From Lacunisphaera sp. (GTDB taxonomy: Bacteria; Verrucomicrobiota; Verrucomicrobiia; Opitutales; Opitutaceae): a DNA stretch of 32,000 nt. The notes under the pieces were generated by a model. It was not told the origin of the DNA. It saw only the letters and a list, made by a program, of their open reading frames with translations, and did no database searches. Every line of letters begins with the position of its first letter. The first letter of the stretch is position 1. Location of the stretch: NCBI GenBank assembly GCA_035549095.1, contig DASZRV010000071.1, forward strand, positions 8,856-40,855, in the 5' to 3' direction. A program made the translations under genes and the position numbers. Below are positions 7,738-15,380 of this stretch, piece after piece.

Positions 7738-9078
7738 ATGTTTACCGAAGAAACCCTGCCTGCTCCCGCCGTGAACGTTCCCGTCGACATCCTGCGCCTG
7801 AACACGTGCGGGAGCGTCGACGACGGCAAGTCCACGCTCATCGGCCGCCTCCTCTACGACTCGAAATCGCTGATGGAGGACCAGCTCGAGGCGCTCGAGC
7901 GCTCCGCCGACATCACCGGCGGCGGCCAGATCAACCTTGCCAACCTCACCGACGGCCTCCGCGCCGAGCGCGAGCAGGGCATCACCATCGACGTCGCGTA
8001 CCGCTACTTCGCCACCCCGCGCCGGAAGTTCATCATCGCCGACACGCCCGGCCACGTGCAGTACACCCGCAACATGGTGACGGGCGCCTCGACGGCCAAC
8101 CTGTCCATCATCCTCGTCGACGCCCGCGCCGGCGTCATTGAGCAGAGCCGCCGCCACACCGCGCTGGCCGCGCTGCTCGGCATCCCGCACCTGGTCGTCG
8201 CCGTGAACAAGATGGATCTCGTCGGCTGGAGCGAACAACGCTTCCGCGAGATTCGCGCGCAGTTCGAGGAATTCCTGCCGCGGCTCGACATCAAGGACGT
8301 GAAGTTCATCCCGCTGAGCGCGCTGCACGGCGACAATGTCGTCGAGCCTTCCGCGCACACGCCGTGGTACGTCGGCCCGACGCTGCTCGGCCACCTCGAG
8401 ACGGTCCACATCGCGAGCGATTGGAACCTGCAGACCTTGCGCTTCCCCGTGCAATGGGTCAACCGGCCGAACCAGCCGACCGACGCCGCGCTGCACGATT
8501 TCCGCGGCTTCAGCGGCCAGCTCGCCGGCGGCATCGTTCGCACCGGCCAGAAGGTCATCGCGCTGCCGGCGGGCATCGCCACCACCGTGAAGCAGATCTG
8601 GACCTACGACGGGCCCGTCGACGAGGCGTTCTGCCCGCAGTCGGTCACGCTTGTGCTCGAGCACGACATCGATGTCAGCCGCGGCAGCATGTTGATCGGG
8701 CCCGACCACCTGCCCGGCGCCGGCACCGACCTGCGCGCGGAAATTTGCTGGATGCATCCGCGGGCCCTGCAGGCCGGCCGGAAGTTCCTCCTCAAGCACA
8801 CGACACAGACCGTGCAGGTCGCGGTCACCGAGCTGATCGACCGGCTGAACATGGCGACGCTCGAGAGCGAGCCGGCGCCCGCCGCGCTCGCGATGAATGA
8901 TCTCGGGGAGATCCGGCTGCGCGCGGCGAAGCCGATCTTCTACGATGGCTACGCCACAAACCGGCTCACGGGTTCGTTCATCCTGATCGAGCCCGGGACC
9001 AACGCCACGGTCGCCGCCGGCATGCTGCAGGCGCCGGCCGAGCTCGTGAAGCCGGAGAACGGCGACTATGTCATCTGA
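7738..9078 (+). CDS. cysN: Sulfate adenylyltransferase subunit 1 (GTPase), without a fused APS-kinase domain
   Basis: The 446-aa ORF has the GTPase motifs GSVDDGKSTLIGRLL, DTPGH and NKMD. Its ATG directly abuts the cysD TAA. The length is too short for a CysNC fusion. Confidence 0.95.
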   Translation: MFTEETLPAPAVNVPVDILRLNTCGSVDDGKSTLIGRLLYDSKSLMEDQLEALERSADITGGGQINLANLTDGLRAEREQGITIDVAYRYFATPRRKFIIADTPGHVQYTRNMVTGASTANLSIILVDARAGVIEQSRRHTALAALLGIPHLVVAVNKMDLVGWSEQRFREIRAQFEEFLPRLDIKDVKFIPLSALHGDNVVEPSAHTPWYVGPTLLGHLETVHIASDWNLQTLRFPVQWVNRPNQPTDAALHDFRGFSGQLAGGIVRTGQKVIALPAGIATTVKQIWTYDGPVDEAFCPQSVTLVLEHDIDVSRGSMLIGPDHLPGAGTDLRAEICWMHPRALQAGRKFLLKHTTQTVQVAVTELIDRLNMATLESEPAPAALAMNDLGEIRLRAAKPIFYDGYATNRLTGSFILIEPGTNATVAAGMLQAPAELVKPENGDYVI

Positions 9079-9127
9079 GGCGCTAAAAGTTTGCCCGGCC
9101 GGCGGGGCAGTTTAGGGTGCCGGTCGA

Positions 9128-9541
9128 GTGAGGATCTCCGTCAAAGTCGATTATGCGTGCCGGGTCATGGCGGAACTCGCGCGGCTGCACGACAGCGGCG
9201 CGCTGGCGCAGATTGAGCAGCTGGCACGCACCGAGGCGGTCCCGGCCAATTTTCTGGCGCAGATTCTCGGCAAGCTGCGCGCCTACGGGCTCGTGTCCAG
9301 CCGGCGCGGCAACCAGGGTGGCTATGCCCTGGCGCGGCCGCCGGAGGACATCACGCTCCATGACATTCTCGAGGCGGTTGAGGGCGGCGCGTTGCACCTG
9401 AGCGGGAATTTCCAGGGCCGCAGTGGCCGGCGGCTGAAGCAGGTGTGGGGCGAGATCAGCGAGGCGCTCGTGGCGAAGACCAAAAGCTATACCCTCGATC
9501 AGCTCGCATCGAAGAACCCGACCGAAATGTATTACATCTGA
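9128..9541 (+). CDS. Rrf2-family transcriptional regulator (CymR/IscR-like, no cluster cysteines)
   Basis: The 137-aa ORF has a GTG start. The sequence is MRISVKVDYACRVMAELA...IEQLARTEAVPANFLAQILGKLRAYGLVSSRRGNQGGYALARPPEDITLHDILEAVEG, the canonical Rrf2 winged helix. The protein has only one Cys (C11). Confidence 0.85.
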   Translation: MRISVKVDYACRVMAELARLHDSGALAQIEQLARTEAVPANFLAQILGKLRAYGLVSSRRGNQGGYALARPPEDITLHDILEAVEGGALHLSGNFQGRSGRRLKQVWGEISEALVAKTKSYTLDQLASKNPTEMYYI

Positions 9542-9570
9542 GCGGGGCCGCGACTTGGTGACATGCTCGT

Positions 9571-9636
9571 TGCAGGGCGGGATCGCTGATCCCGCCGCGC
9601 CGCCCGGAATGGCGGGATCAGCGATCCCGCCCTACA
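9571..9636. repeat. Inverted pair of 26-nt REP elements (main family)
   Basis: 9571-9596 is TGCAGGGCGGGATCGCTGATCCCGCC. The reverse complement of 9611-9636 is TGTAGGGCGGGATCGCTGATCCCGCC. The spacer is 14 nt. The pair lies immediately after the Rrf2 stop. Confidence 0.85.
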
Positions 9637-9750
9637 AGACACCCTGATGCATGCGTCGCGGTCTATCCTGGCCGGCGCGGAAAAACACATTCTCTCGGGC
9701 CGCCAAATAATCCCTCGCGGCGGGCCGCCCGCGCCGCCAACCTGCGCTCG

Positions 9751-10227
9751 ATGGCTTCCGCGCCCCATCACCGCTCAATTCCGTGGCTCATTGCCGGCTC
9801 GTTCCTGTTGTTCGCCACCGGGGTCTTCTTCCCGTTCTTCACCGTCACGAAATTTTGGGTCTTCCAGGACGCGGTCTCCGTCGTGGGCGGCATCGCGACC
9901 TTGTTTCGCGAAGGAGAATACTTCCTCTTCGCGATCCTGACGCTGTTCACGCTGGTCTTTCCCTGCGTGAAGCTCGGCCTGCTCACGGTGGTGTGGATGG
10001 AGCGCGAGCACGACCTCGCCCGCGTGCGCCGGCTACACCGCCTGGTGGAGGATTGGGGTCGGTGGTCGATGCTCGACGTGTTCGTGGTCGCGATACTCAT
10101 CGTGACGATGAAGGCGGCCGGGCTGGCCGAGATCCGCATCGGGCCGGGCCTCTACCTGTTCACGTTCTCGGTCGTCGCGGCGCAGTTCGCCGCGTGGTGG
10201 GTCGCCGGGCTGCTGGAGCGGGAGTGA
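9751..10227 (+). CDS. Paraquat-inducible protein A (PqiA) family membrane protein, single domain
   Basis: The 158-aa ORF has four hydrophobic segments. FPCVKLGLL...WGRWSMLDVFVVAILI matches the PqiA-domain signature as I recall it. There is no pqiB/MCE partner nearby. Confidence 0.7.
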   Translation: MASAPHHRSIPWLIAGSFLLFATGVFFPFFTVTKFWVFQDAVSVVGGIATLFREGEYFLFAILTLFTLVFPCVKLGLLTVVWMEREHDLARVRRLHRLVEDWGRWSMLDVFVVAILIVTMKAAGLAEIRIGPGLYLFTFSVVAAQFAAWWVAGLLERE

Positions 10228-10249
10228 GGAAGTTTTCTGCCGGGTTTTC

Positions 10250-10275
10250 TGTAGGGCGGGATCGCTGATCCCGCC
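10250..10275 (+). repeat. REP element, main family, consensus copy
   Basis: The sequence is TGTAGGGCGGGATCGCTGATCCCGCC. It has a GTAG head and a 9-bp stem GGCGGGATC/GATCCCGCC around the loop GCT. Confidence 0.85.
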
Positions 10276-10345
10276 GCGACCGCGTCGCCTTCTCGCCGCA
10301 GCGGACGGAAGCGATCACTACCCGAATCAAGGTAGTGGCGATAGT

Positions 10346-10371
10346 GGCGGGATCAGCGATCCCGTCCTACA
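10346..10371 (-). repeat. REP element, main family (1 mismatch), ends 8 nt upstream of the RAYT ATG
   Basis: The sequence is GGCGGGATCAGCGATCCCGTCCTACA. Its reverse complement is TGTAGGACGGGATCGCTGATCCCGCC. Confidence 0.85.
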
Positions 10372-10379
10372 GCCAGCCC

Positions 10380-10856
10380 ATGCATCGACGTGACCATCTC
10401 CGGCGGCTGCCGAGCGTTTGGACCAGGCATCCTGTCTATTTCATCACGATCTGTTCCGCTGGTCGTCGTCGAATCCTGACGGCGCCCGCCTTGGCCGCCG
10501 TATTGATCGAGTCATGGCAAGCCGCTGCCAGCGTGCATGGCTGGTGGATCGGAAGGTATGTGATCATGCCTGATCACGTGCATTTCTTTGCCCGACACAC
10601 GGACTGCGAGAAGACGTTGAGCCAATTTGTGCGTGACTGGAAGAAGTGGACTACACGTCAGATCCACGCCGCGGGTATCGGTGAGCCTTGCGTTTGGCAG
10701 GCGGAGTTCTTCGACCACGTCTTGCGTTCCGCCGACAGCGACGAACAGAAATGGCTGTATGTTCGGGAAAACCCAGTTCGCGCTGGGCTGGCTTTGTCTC
10801 CCGAAGCGTGGCCTTGGGCTGGCGAGATCGCAGCTTTGGTATTTCGACCTGAATAG
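10380..10856 (+). CDS. REP-associated tyrosine transposase (RAYT; IS200/IS605-like Y1 HUH transposase)
   Basis: The sequence runs MHRRDHLRRLP...HPVYFITICSAGRR...YVIMPDHVHFF (HUH motif) ...QAEFFDHVLRS...KWLYVRENPVRAGL (catalytic-Tyr helix). REP copies flank it in inverted orientation. The track ORF start at 10335 would translate the REP itself, so I prefer the ATG at 10380. Confidence 0.85.
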   Translation: MHRRDHLRRLPSVWTRHPVYFITICSAGRRRILTAPALAAVLIESWQAAASVHGWWIGRYVIMPDHVHFFARHTDCEKTLSQFVRDWKKWTTRQIHAAGIGEPCVWQAEFFDHVLRSADSDEQKWLYVRENPVRAGLALSPEAWPWAGEIAALVFRPE

Positions 10857-10879
10857 CCTTCGTCCGCTTTCGCTTGGGT

Positions 10880-10905
10880 TGTAGAGCGGGCTCATTGATC
10901 CCGCC
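10880..10905 (+). repeat. REP element, main family, degenerate copy (4 mismatches)
   Basis: The sequence is TGTAGAGCGGGCTCATTGATCCCGCC. It lies 24 nt after the RAYT stop. Confidence 0.7.
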
Positions 10906-11147
10906 GCGATTCAGTAAGTCTGTCGCACGTTCGATCAGAAAAATTATCACCTCCGGCAGGTCATGCGTGGCCACGGCACGAAGGAACTTTCGTACATGAG
11001 GATAGCTAGTTTCGGAGAGGCTTCTACGGATGACTCGAAGCCAAGCGGTCGCGATGGGTCGGCGTTTATTACTCACATAAGCTAAGACGCGGAAATGCCA
11101 AAAAGCGCTAGTGAGAAGCAGCAATTTACCAATCGGGACGTTCCCGC

Positions 11148-11173
11148 GGCGGGATCAGCGATCCCGCCCTACA
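11148..11173 (-). repeat. REP element, main family, consensus copy
   Basis: The sequence is GGCGGGATCAGCGATCCCGCCCTACA, the exact reverse complement of the 10250 copy. Confidence 0.85.
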
Positions 11174-11202
11174 GAATCCCGGCGGCTTCGGAGGACAAAT
11201 CC

Positions 11203-12003
11203 TCAGCGCCGCGGAAATGCCCACGCGAGCACGTCGCCGATGCGCGCGGCCCAGGCGGCCTCATTGTGCGCGGCCCCGGGAATTTCGCGGTACGCGAGGT
11301 CAACGCCTTCCCGCCAGCCCTTGCCCACGAGCGTGTCGCGGAAAATCTGGATACCCTCGAGGCCCGGCTCGGCCGTGCCGAGGTCGAGCCAGAGGCGAAA
11401 ATCGCCCTTCTTGCGCAGGCGCGCGAAATCGTGCACCACGGCGCGGTTGTCCCACCAGATCGAAGGCGACAGCGCCGCGACGTGCCCAAAAACGCGCGGA
11501 TGCCAGAGCGGAAAATACAGCGAGACGAGGCCGCCCATCGAGGAGCCGACGAGCGCATGGTGCGCCGGCCCGTCGAGGGTGAGGTAGCGCGCGGTGATGA
11601 ATGGCATCACTTCCTGCACAAAGAATCGCGCGTAGCGTTTCGCGTCGCCGGTGCTGCGCAGGGTTTCGCCGTCCGCGCCCTGGTACTCGGCCGCGGTGGG
11701 GGCGTACTCATTCATCCGGTTCACGCCGGTGTTGTACACGCCGACCATGATGGGCGGGATGATCCAGCGCTCGCGGATCAGCCCGGCGGCGCGTTCGCCC
11801 GCGTGCCAGGCCTGGCCGAGGAACGCCGTGGCCGGGTCGAAGATGTTCTGCCCGTCGTGAAACCAGACGACCGGGTGCCGGCGCCGGCCGCGGCCATAGC
11901 CCGGCGGGAGCCACACGACGAGATCGCGGAAGTTCCGGAGCCCGCGCGAATAGAAGCGGCGGTGGAGGCGGAGGCTGGCGGAGGCGGAGGGTGCCGGCGA
12001 CAT
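11203..12003 (-). CDS. Alpha/beta-hydrolase, putative esterase (esterase D / enterochelin-esterase-like family)
   Basis: The sequence contains VVWLPPGY...HPVVWFHDGQNIF, the nucleophile elbow LVGSSMGG, and AAHNEAAW near the C-terminus. I prefer the start at the ATG 12003-12001 (MSPAPS...). An upstream ATG at 12048 is also possible. Confidence 0.8.
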   Translation of the reverse strand: MSPAPSASASLRLHRRFYSRGLRNFRDLVVWLPPGYGRGRRRHPVVWFHDGQNIFDPATAFLGQAWHAGERAAGLIRERWIIPPIMVGVYNTGVNRMNEYAPTAAEYQGADGETLRSTGDAKRYARFFVQEVMPFITARYLTLDGPAHHALVGSSMGGLVSLYFPLWHPRVFGHVAALSPSIWWDNRAVVHDFARLRKKGDFRLWLDLGTAEPGLEGIQIFRDTLVGKGWREGVDLAYREIPGAAHNEAAWAARIGDVLAWAFPRR

Positions 12004-12113
12004 GGTGCGGGTGCGCGGTGTTAACGCCGGGGGCGGGCGACGATGCAAGGGTTATGTTCCCCGGCCGGCCGGTTTCCGCTCCACTTTTCGCCCTCGCCGC
12101 GCATGGTGATGCC

Positions 12114-13076
12114 ATGAAGAAAATCGGCATCCTCCACGGCCGGGAGCGCTCGTTTCCCGCGGCCTTGATCGCCCACATCAATGGCCTGAACGAGCCCGGC
12201 ATTGTGGCGGAGGAGGTGCTCATCAACCAGGTCACGCAGGGCGAGCCCGTGCCCTATGCCGTGATCCTCGACCGCATCTCACAGGACGTGCCGTTCTATC
12301 GCGCCTACCTGAAGAACGCCGCGCTCAATGGCACCGCGGTCGTCAACAACCCGTTCTGGTGGTCGGCCGACGAGAAATTCTTCAACAACTGCCTCGCGAC
12401 GAAGCTCGGCGTCGCGGTGCCGCGCACCGTCATCCTCCCGTCGAAGGAGATGCCCTCCGACTGCAGTTCCGAATCGTTCTCCAACCTCGCCTACCCGCTC
12501 GATTGGGACGGCATCTTCAATTACATTGGCTGGCCGGCGTATTTCAAACCGCATGCCGGCGGCGGCTGGAAGAACGTCTACAAGGTCCGCAACCGCGAGG
12601 AGTTCTTCAAGGCCTACGACGAGACCGCGCAGCTCGTCATGCTGCTGCAGGCCGAGGTGGTGTTTGAGGATTACTACCGCTGCTACTGCATCGGTGGCAC
12701 CGAGGTCCGCATCATGCCCTACGAGCCGCGGAACCCGCATCACCTGCGCTACGTGGTCGACCGGCCGCCCGGTTCGCCGGAGCTGCTCGCGCGCATCGAG
12801 CGCGATGTGCGCACGCTCAACCACGCGCTGGGCTACGAGTTCAACACGGTCGAGTTCGGCGTCAGCGGCGGCGTGCCGTACGCCATCGATTTCTGCAACC
12901 CGGCGCCCGACGCCGACCTGAAATCCGTCGGCGAGGAGAACTTCAACTGGGTGGTGGCCGCCGCCGCGCGGATGCTCGTGCGCAAGGCAAAGGCGCACGC
13001 CCCGGGGCGCAACAACACCACCTGGGGCGGCTACGTGCAGGGCGCCGCCGCCACGGGCCAACCGGAACCACGATGA
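12114..13076 (+). CDS. ATP-grasp ligase (RimK / glutathione-synthetase-like)
   Basis: The sequence starts MKKIGILHGRERSF and contains YFKPHAGGGWKNVYKVRNREEF, LLQAEVVFEDYYRCYCIGG and NTVEFGVSGGVPYAIDFCNPAPDAD, which looks like the Mg/ATP site pattern. The first 41 codons of the track ORF (from 11991) overlap the divergent esterase gene and are unlikely to be real. Confidence 0.8.
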   Translation: MKKIGILHGRERSFPAALIAHINGLNEPGIVAEEVLINQVTQGEPVPYAVILDRISQDVPFYRAYLKNAALNGTAVVNNPFWWSADEKFFNNCLATKLGVAVPRTVILPSKEMPSDCSSESFSNLAYPLDWDGIFNYIGWPAYFKPHAGGGWKNVYKVRNREEFFKAYDETAQLVMLLQAEVVFEDYYRCYCIGGTEVRIMPYEPRNPHHLRYVVDRPPGSPELLARIERDVRTLNHALGYEFNTVEFGVSGGVPYAIDFCNPAPDADLKSVGEENFNWVVAAAARMLVRKAKAHAPGRNNTTWGGYVQGAAATGQPEPR

Positions 13077-13094
13077 TCGCGCCGCGTTCCATTC

Positions 13095-13148
13095 CTGGAG
13101 GGCCGGTCTCCTGACCGGCCGCGGTCGGCCGGGAGGCCGATCCTCCAT
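13095..13148. repeat. Inverted pair of REP-like units, GGAG-head family, inside the ligase cluster
   Basis: 13095-13120 is CTGGAGGGCCGGTCTCCTGACCGGCC. The reverse complement of 13123-13148 is ATGGAGGATCGGCCTCCCGGCCGACC, matching at about 19 of 26 positions. Each unit is itself a hairpin. Confidence 0.55.
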
Positions 13149-13162
13149 CTGCAACCAGCCCC

Positions 13163-14284
13163 ATGGCCAAAGCCCGCAAACCCTTCAAATTCACCCTCGG
13201 CGTCGAGGAGGAATTCCAGATCGTCGACCCGGTCTCGCGGGAGCTGCGCTCGCACATCGAGGAGATCATCGAGGGCGGCAAGATGATCCTGAAGGAGCGG
13301 GTGAAGCCCGAACTGCACCAGTCGGTCGTCGAGGTCGGCACCGACATCTGCGAGGACGTCGCCTGCACGCGGCGCTCGGTCACGGCGCTGCGCACCGACC
13401 TGGCGAAGCTGGCGATCAAGGCGAATCTCCGCATCGCCGCCGCCGGCACGCATCCGTTCTCCCACTGGATCGACCAGAAAATCTCGAAGGGCGACCGCTA
13501 CCAGGTCGTGTTGCAGGACCTCCAGCAGGTCGCGCGGGCCAACCTCATCTTCGGCCTCCACGTCCACATCGGCATGCCCGATCGCGAGACGGCGATCCAG
13601 CTCCAGAACACCGCGCGTTATTTCCTGCCGCACATCTTTGCACTGTCGACCAATTCGCCGTTCTGGGTCGGGCGCGACACGGGTTTCAAGAGCTACCGGC
13701 TGCAGGTCTTCCAGCGTTTTCCCCGCACCGGCATCCCGGACTTGTTCGAGTCGGTCGAGGAGTTCGACAGCTACGTCAACCTCCTCATCAAGACCGGCTG
13801 CATCGACAACGCGAAGAAGATTTGGTGGGACATCCGCCTGCACCCGCACTTCCACACGCTTGAGTTCCGCGTGTGCGACATCCCGATGCGCGTCGACGAG
13901 ACCGTCTGCCTCGCCGCGATCATCCAGGCGGTGATTGCCAAGCTTTACCACCTGCACCGGCAAAACCTCGGCTTCCGCACCTACCGCGCCCGGCTCATCA
14001 ACGAGAACCGCTGGCGGGCCTCGCGCTACGGCATCGGCGGCAAGATGATCGACTTCGGCAAACAAGAGGAGGTGCCCACGCGCGACCTGATCGCCGAGCT
14101 GTTGGAGTTCATCGACGATGTGGTCGACGACCTCGGCTCGCGCCAGGAGATCAACCACGTCCACCAGATCCTCACCCACGGCACCGGCGCCGACCGGCAG
14201 TTGGAAGTTTACAACCGCACCAAAGACCTCAAAGCCGTCGTCGATTACATCATTTCCGAAACCCACCTCGGCCTTGAGCTCTAG
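13163..14284 (+). CDS. Carboxylate-amine ligase, GCS2 / YbdK family
   Basis: The 373-aa ORF contains FTLGVEEEFQIVD, GTHPFSHW, GLHVHIGMPD and WWDIRLHPHFHTLEFRVCD, which are the canonical glutamate-cysteine-ligase family 2 motifs. Confidence 0.9.
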   Translation: MAKARKPFKFTLGVEEEFQIVDPVSRELRSHIEEIIEGGKMILKERVKPELHQSVVEVGTDICEDVACTRRSVTALRTDLAKLAIKANLRIAAAGTHPFSHWIDQKISKGDRYQVVLQDLQQVARANLIFGLHVHIGMPDRETAIQLQNTARYFLPHIFALSTNSPFWVGRDTGFKSYRLQVFQRFPRTGIPDLFESVEEFDSYVNLLIKTGCIDNAKKIWWDIRLHPHFHTLEFRVCDIPMRVDETVCLAAIIQAVIAKLYHLHRQNLGFRTYRARLINENRWRASRYGIGGKMIDFGKQEEVPTRDLIAELLEFIDDVVDDLGSRQEINHVHQILTHGTGADRQLEVYNRTKDLKAVVDYIISETHLGLEL

Positions 14285-14357
14285 ATGTTCAATCCCGATC
14301 CAGTCGCCTGAACCCCGCCACCTGGTCCGCTCCCCGCTCCCTGCTTCGCGCTCCCCC

Positions 14358-15380
14358 ATGCCGCACACCGCCTCGCTGCCCACGACCTTTGACCCGGCGC
14401 TCACTCCCGGGGCTGCCAATGCCATCCATGTCTGCCTGAAATTGCAGCCCGACGAGCGCATGACGCTCATCACCGATCGCGCGAGCGCGGAAATCGCCGC
14501 CGCGCTGGTGGCCGAGATCGAGAAGACGAGCGCACCCTACAACGTCTTCGTGCTCGAGGAATACGGCACCCGGCCGCATCGCGACATGCCGCGCGCGGTG
14601 CTCGAAGACCTCGCGTTGTCCCAGGTCAGCATCTATGCGTGCATCACCCAGACCGGCGAGCTGCGCACGCGCATGCAGATGATGGACGTCATCAACCCGC
14701 GCCGCATCCGGCACGGACACATGGTGAACATCAACAAACAGATCATGCTCGAGGGCATGCGCGCCGACTTCCTCGCCGTCGACCGTCTTTCGCAGAAACT
14801 GATCGAGAAGTGCCGCCGCGCGCGGCGCGTCACGTGCCGCACCGCCGCTGGGACCGATTTCGTGGCGGAACTCTCGCCCGATTTGAAATGGGTCAAGACC
14901 AGCGGCCTCATCTCGCCCGAGAAGTGGGGCAACCTGCCGGGCGGCGAGATCTTCACGTCGCCCTTCAACTCCAACGGCCGCTTCGTGGTCGACGGCGTCG
15001 TCGGCGACTACCTCTGCCAGAAGTACGGCGACATCGGCGCCACGCCGCTGACGATTGACATCAAGGACAACCGCATCGCGGGCCTCGCGTGCGCGAACGA
15101 GGAGTTGCTTCGCGAATTCGACGCGTACTGCCATACGGACGAGAACTCGAACCGCGTCGGCGAGTTCGCCATCGGCACCAACCTGGCCTGCACGCACATC
15201 ATCGGCCACATCCTGCAGGACGAGAAACTGCCCGGCATCCACATCGCCTTCGGCCATCCGTACTCCGAGCACACCGGCCAGCCATGGAAGAGCACGACGC
15301 ACATCGACTGCGTCGGCCGCCATTTCGACATCTGGCTCGACGACGAGCAGGTCATGGCGAAAGGAAAGTTTCTGATTTAA
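14358..15380 (+). CDS. M29-family aminopeptidase (AmpS/PepS/aminopeptidase-T-like)
   Basis: The sequence starts MPHTASLP and contains NLPGGEIFTSP, FVVDGVVG, NRVGEFAIGTN, LQDEKLPGIHIAFG and STTHIDCV. I prefer the ATG at 14358. The track start at 14118 overlaps the GCS2 gene in another frame. Confidence 0.85.
   Translation: MPHTASLPTTFDPALTPGAANAIHVCLKLQPDERMTLITDRASAEIAAALVAEIEKTSAPYNVFVLEEYGTRPHRDMPRAVLEDLALSQVSIYACITQTGELRTRMQMMDVINPRRIRHGHMVNINKQIMLEGMRADFLAVDRLSQKLIEKCRRARRVTCRTAAGTDFVAELSPDLKWVKTSGLISPEKWGNLPGGEIFTSPFNSNGRFVVDGVVGDYLCQKYGDIGATPLTIDIKDNRIAGLACANEELLREFDAYCHTDENSNRVGEFAIGTNLACTHIIGHILQDEKLPGIHIAFGHPYSEHTGQPWKSTTHIDCVGRHFDIWLDDEQVMAKGKFLI

Larger units (their letters stand above)
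10250..11173 (+). mobile_element. REPtron: RAYT gene bracketed by two REP pairs
   Basis: The order is REP(+) 10250, REP(-) 10346, RAYT 10380-10856, REP(+) 10880, a 242-bp low-GC spacer, then REP(-) 11148. Confidence 0.6.

Noticed and set aside
5815-8799. A 994-aa minus-strand ORF, the longest in the track.
   Set aside because: It is antisense to the clearly conserved cysI, cysH, cysD and cysN genes. Its translation is R/A/G/D/L-rich low-information sequence with no motifs. This is the typical stop-free antisense frame of a GC-rich genome, where GC3 of the real genes removes stops on the opposite strand.
9571-11173. Six copies of a 26-nt repeat, considered as a possible CRISPR array.
   Set aside because: The copies alternate in orientation. 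The spacings are irregular (14, 613, 70, 508 and 242 nt) and contain genes. Each unit is a GTAG-head hairpin next to a RAYT gene. There are no cas genes. These are REP elements, not CRISPR.
14118-14357. An N-terminal extension of the aminopeptidase ORF that overlaps the GCS2 gene by 167 nt, considered as a possible fusion or frameshift.
   Set aside because: The extension is S/T/P/R-rich with no motif and lies in an alternative frame of the well-conserved GCS2 C-terminus. A clean ATG at 14358 gives a normal M29 N-terminus.
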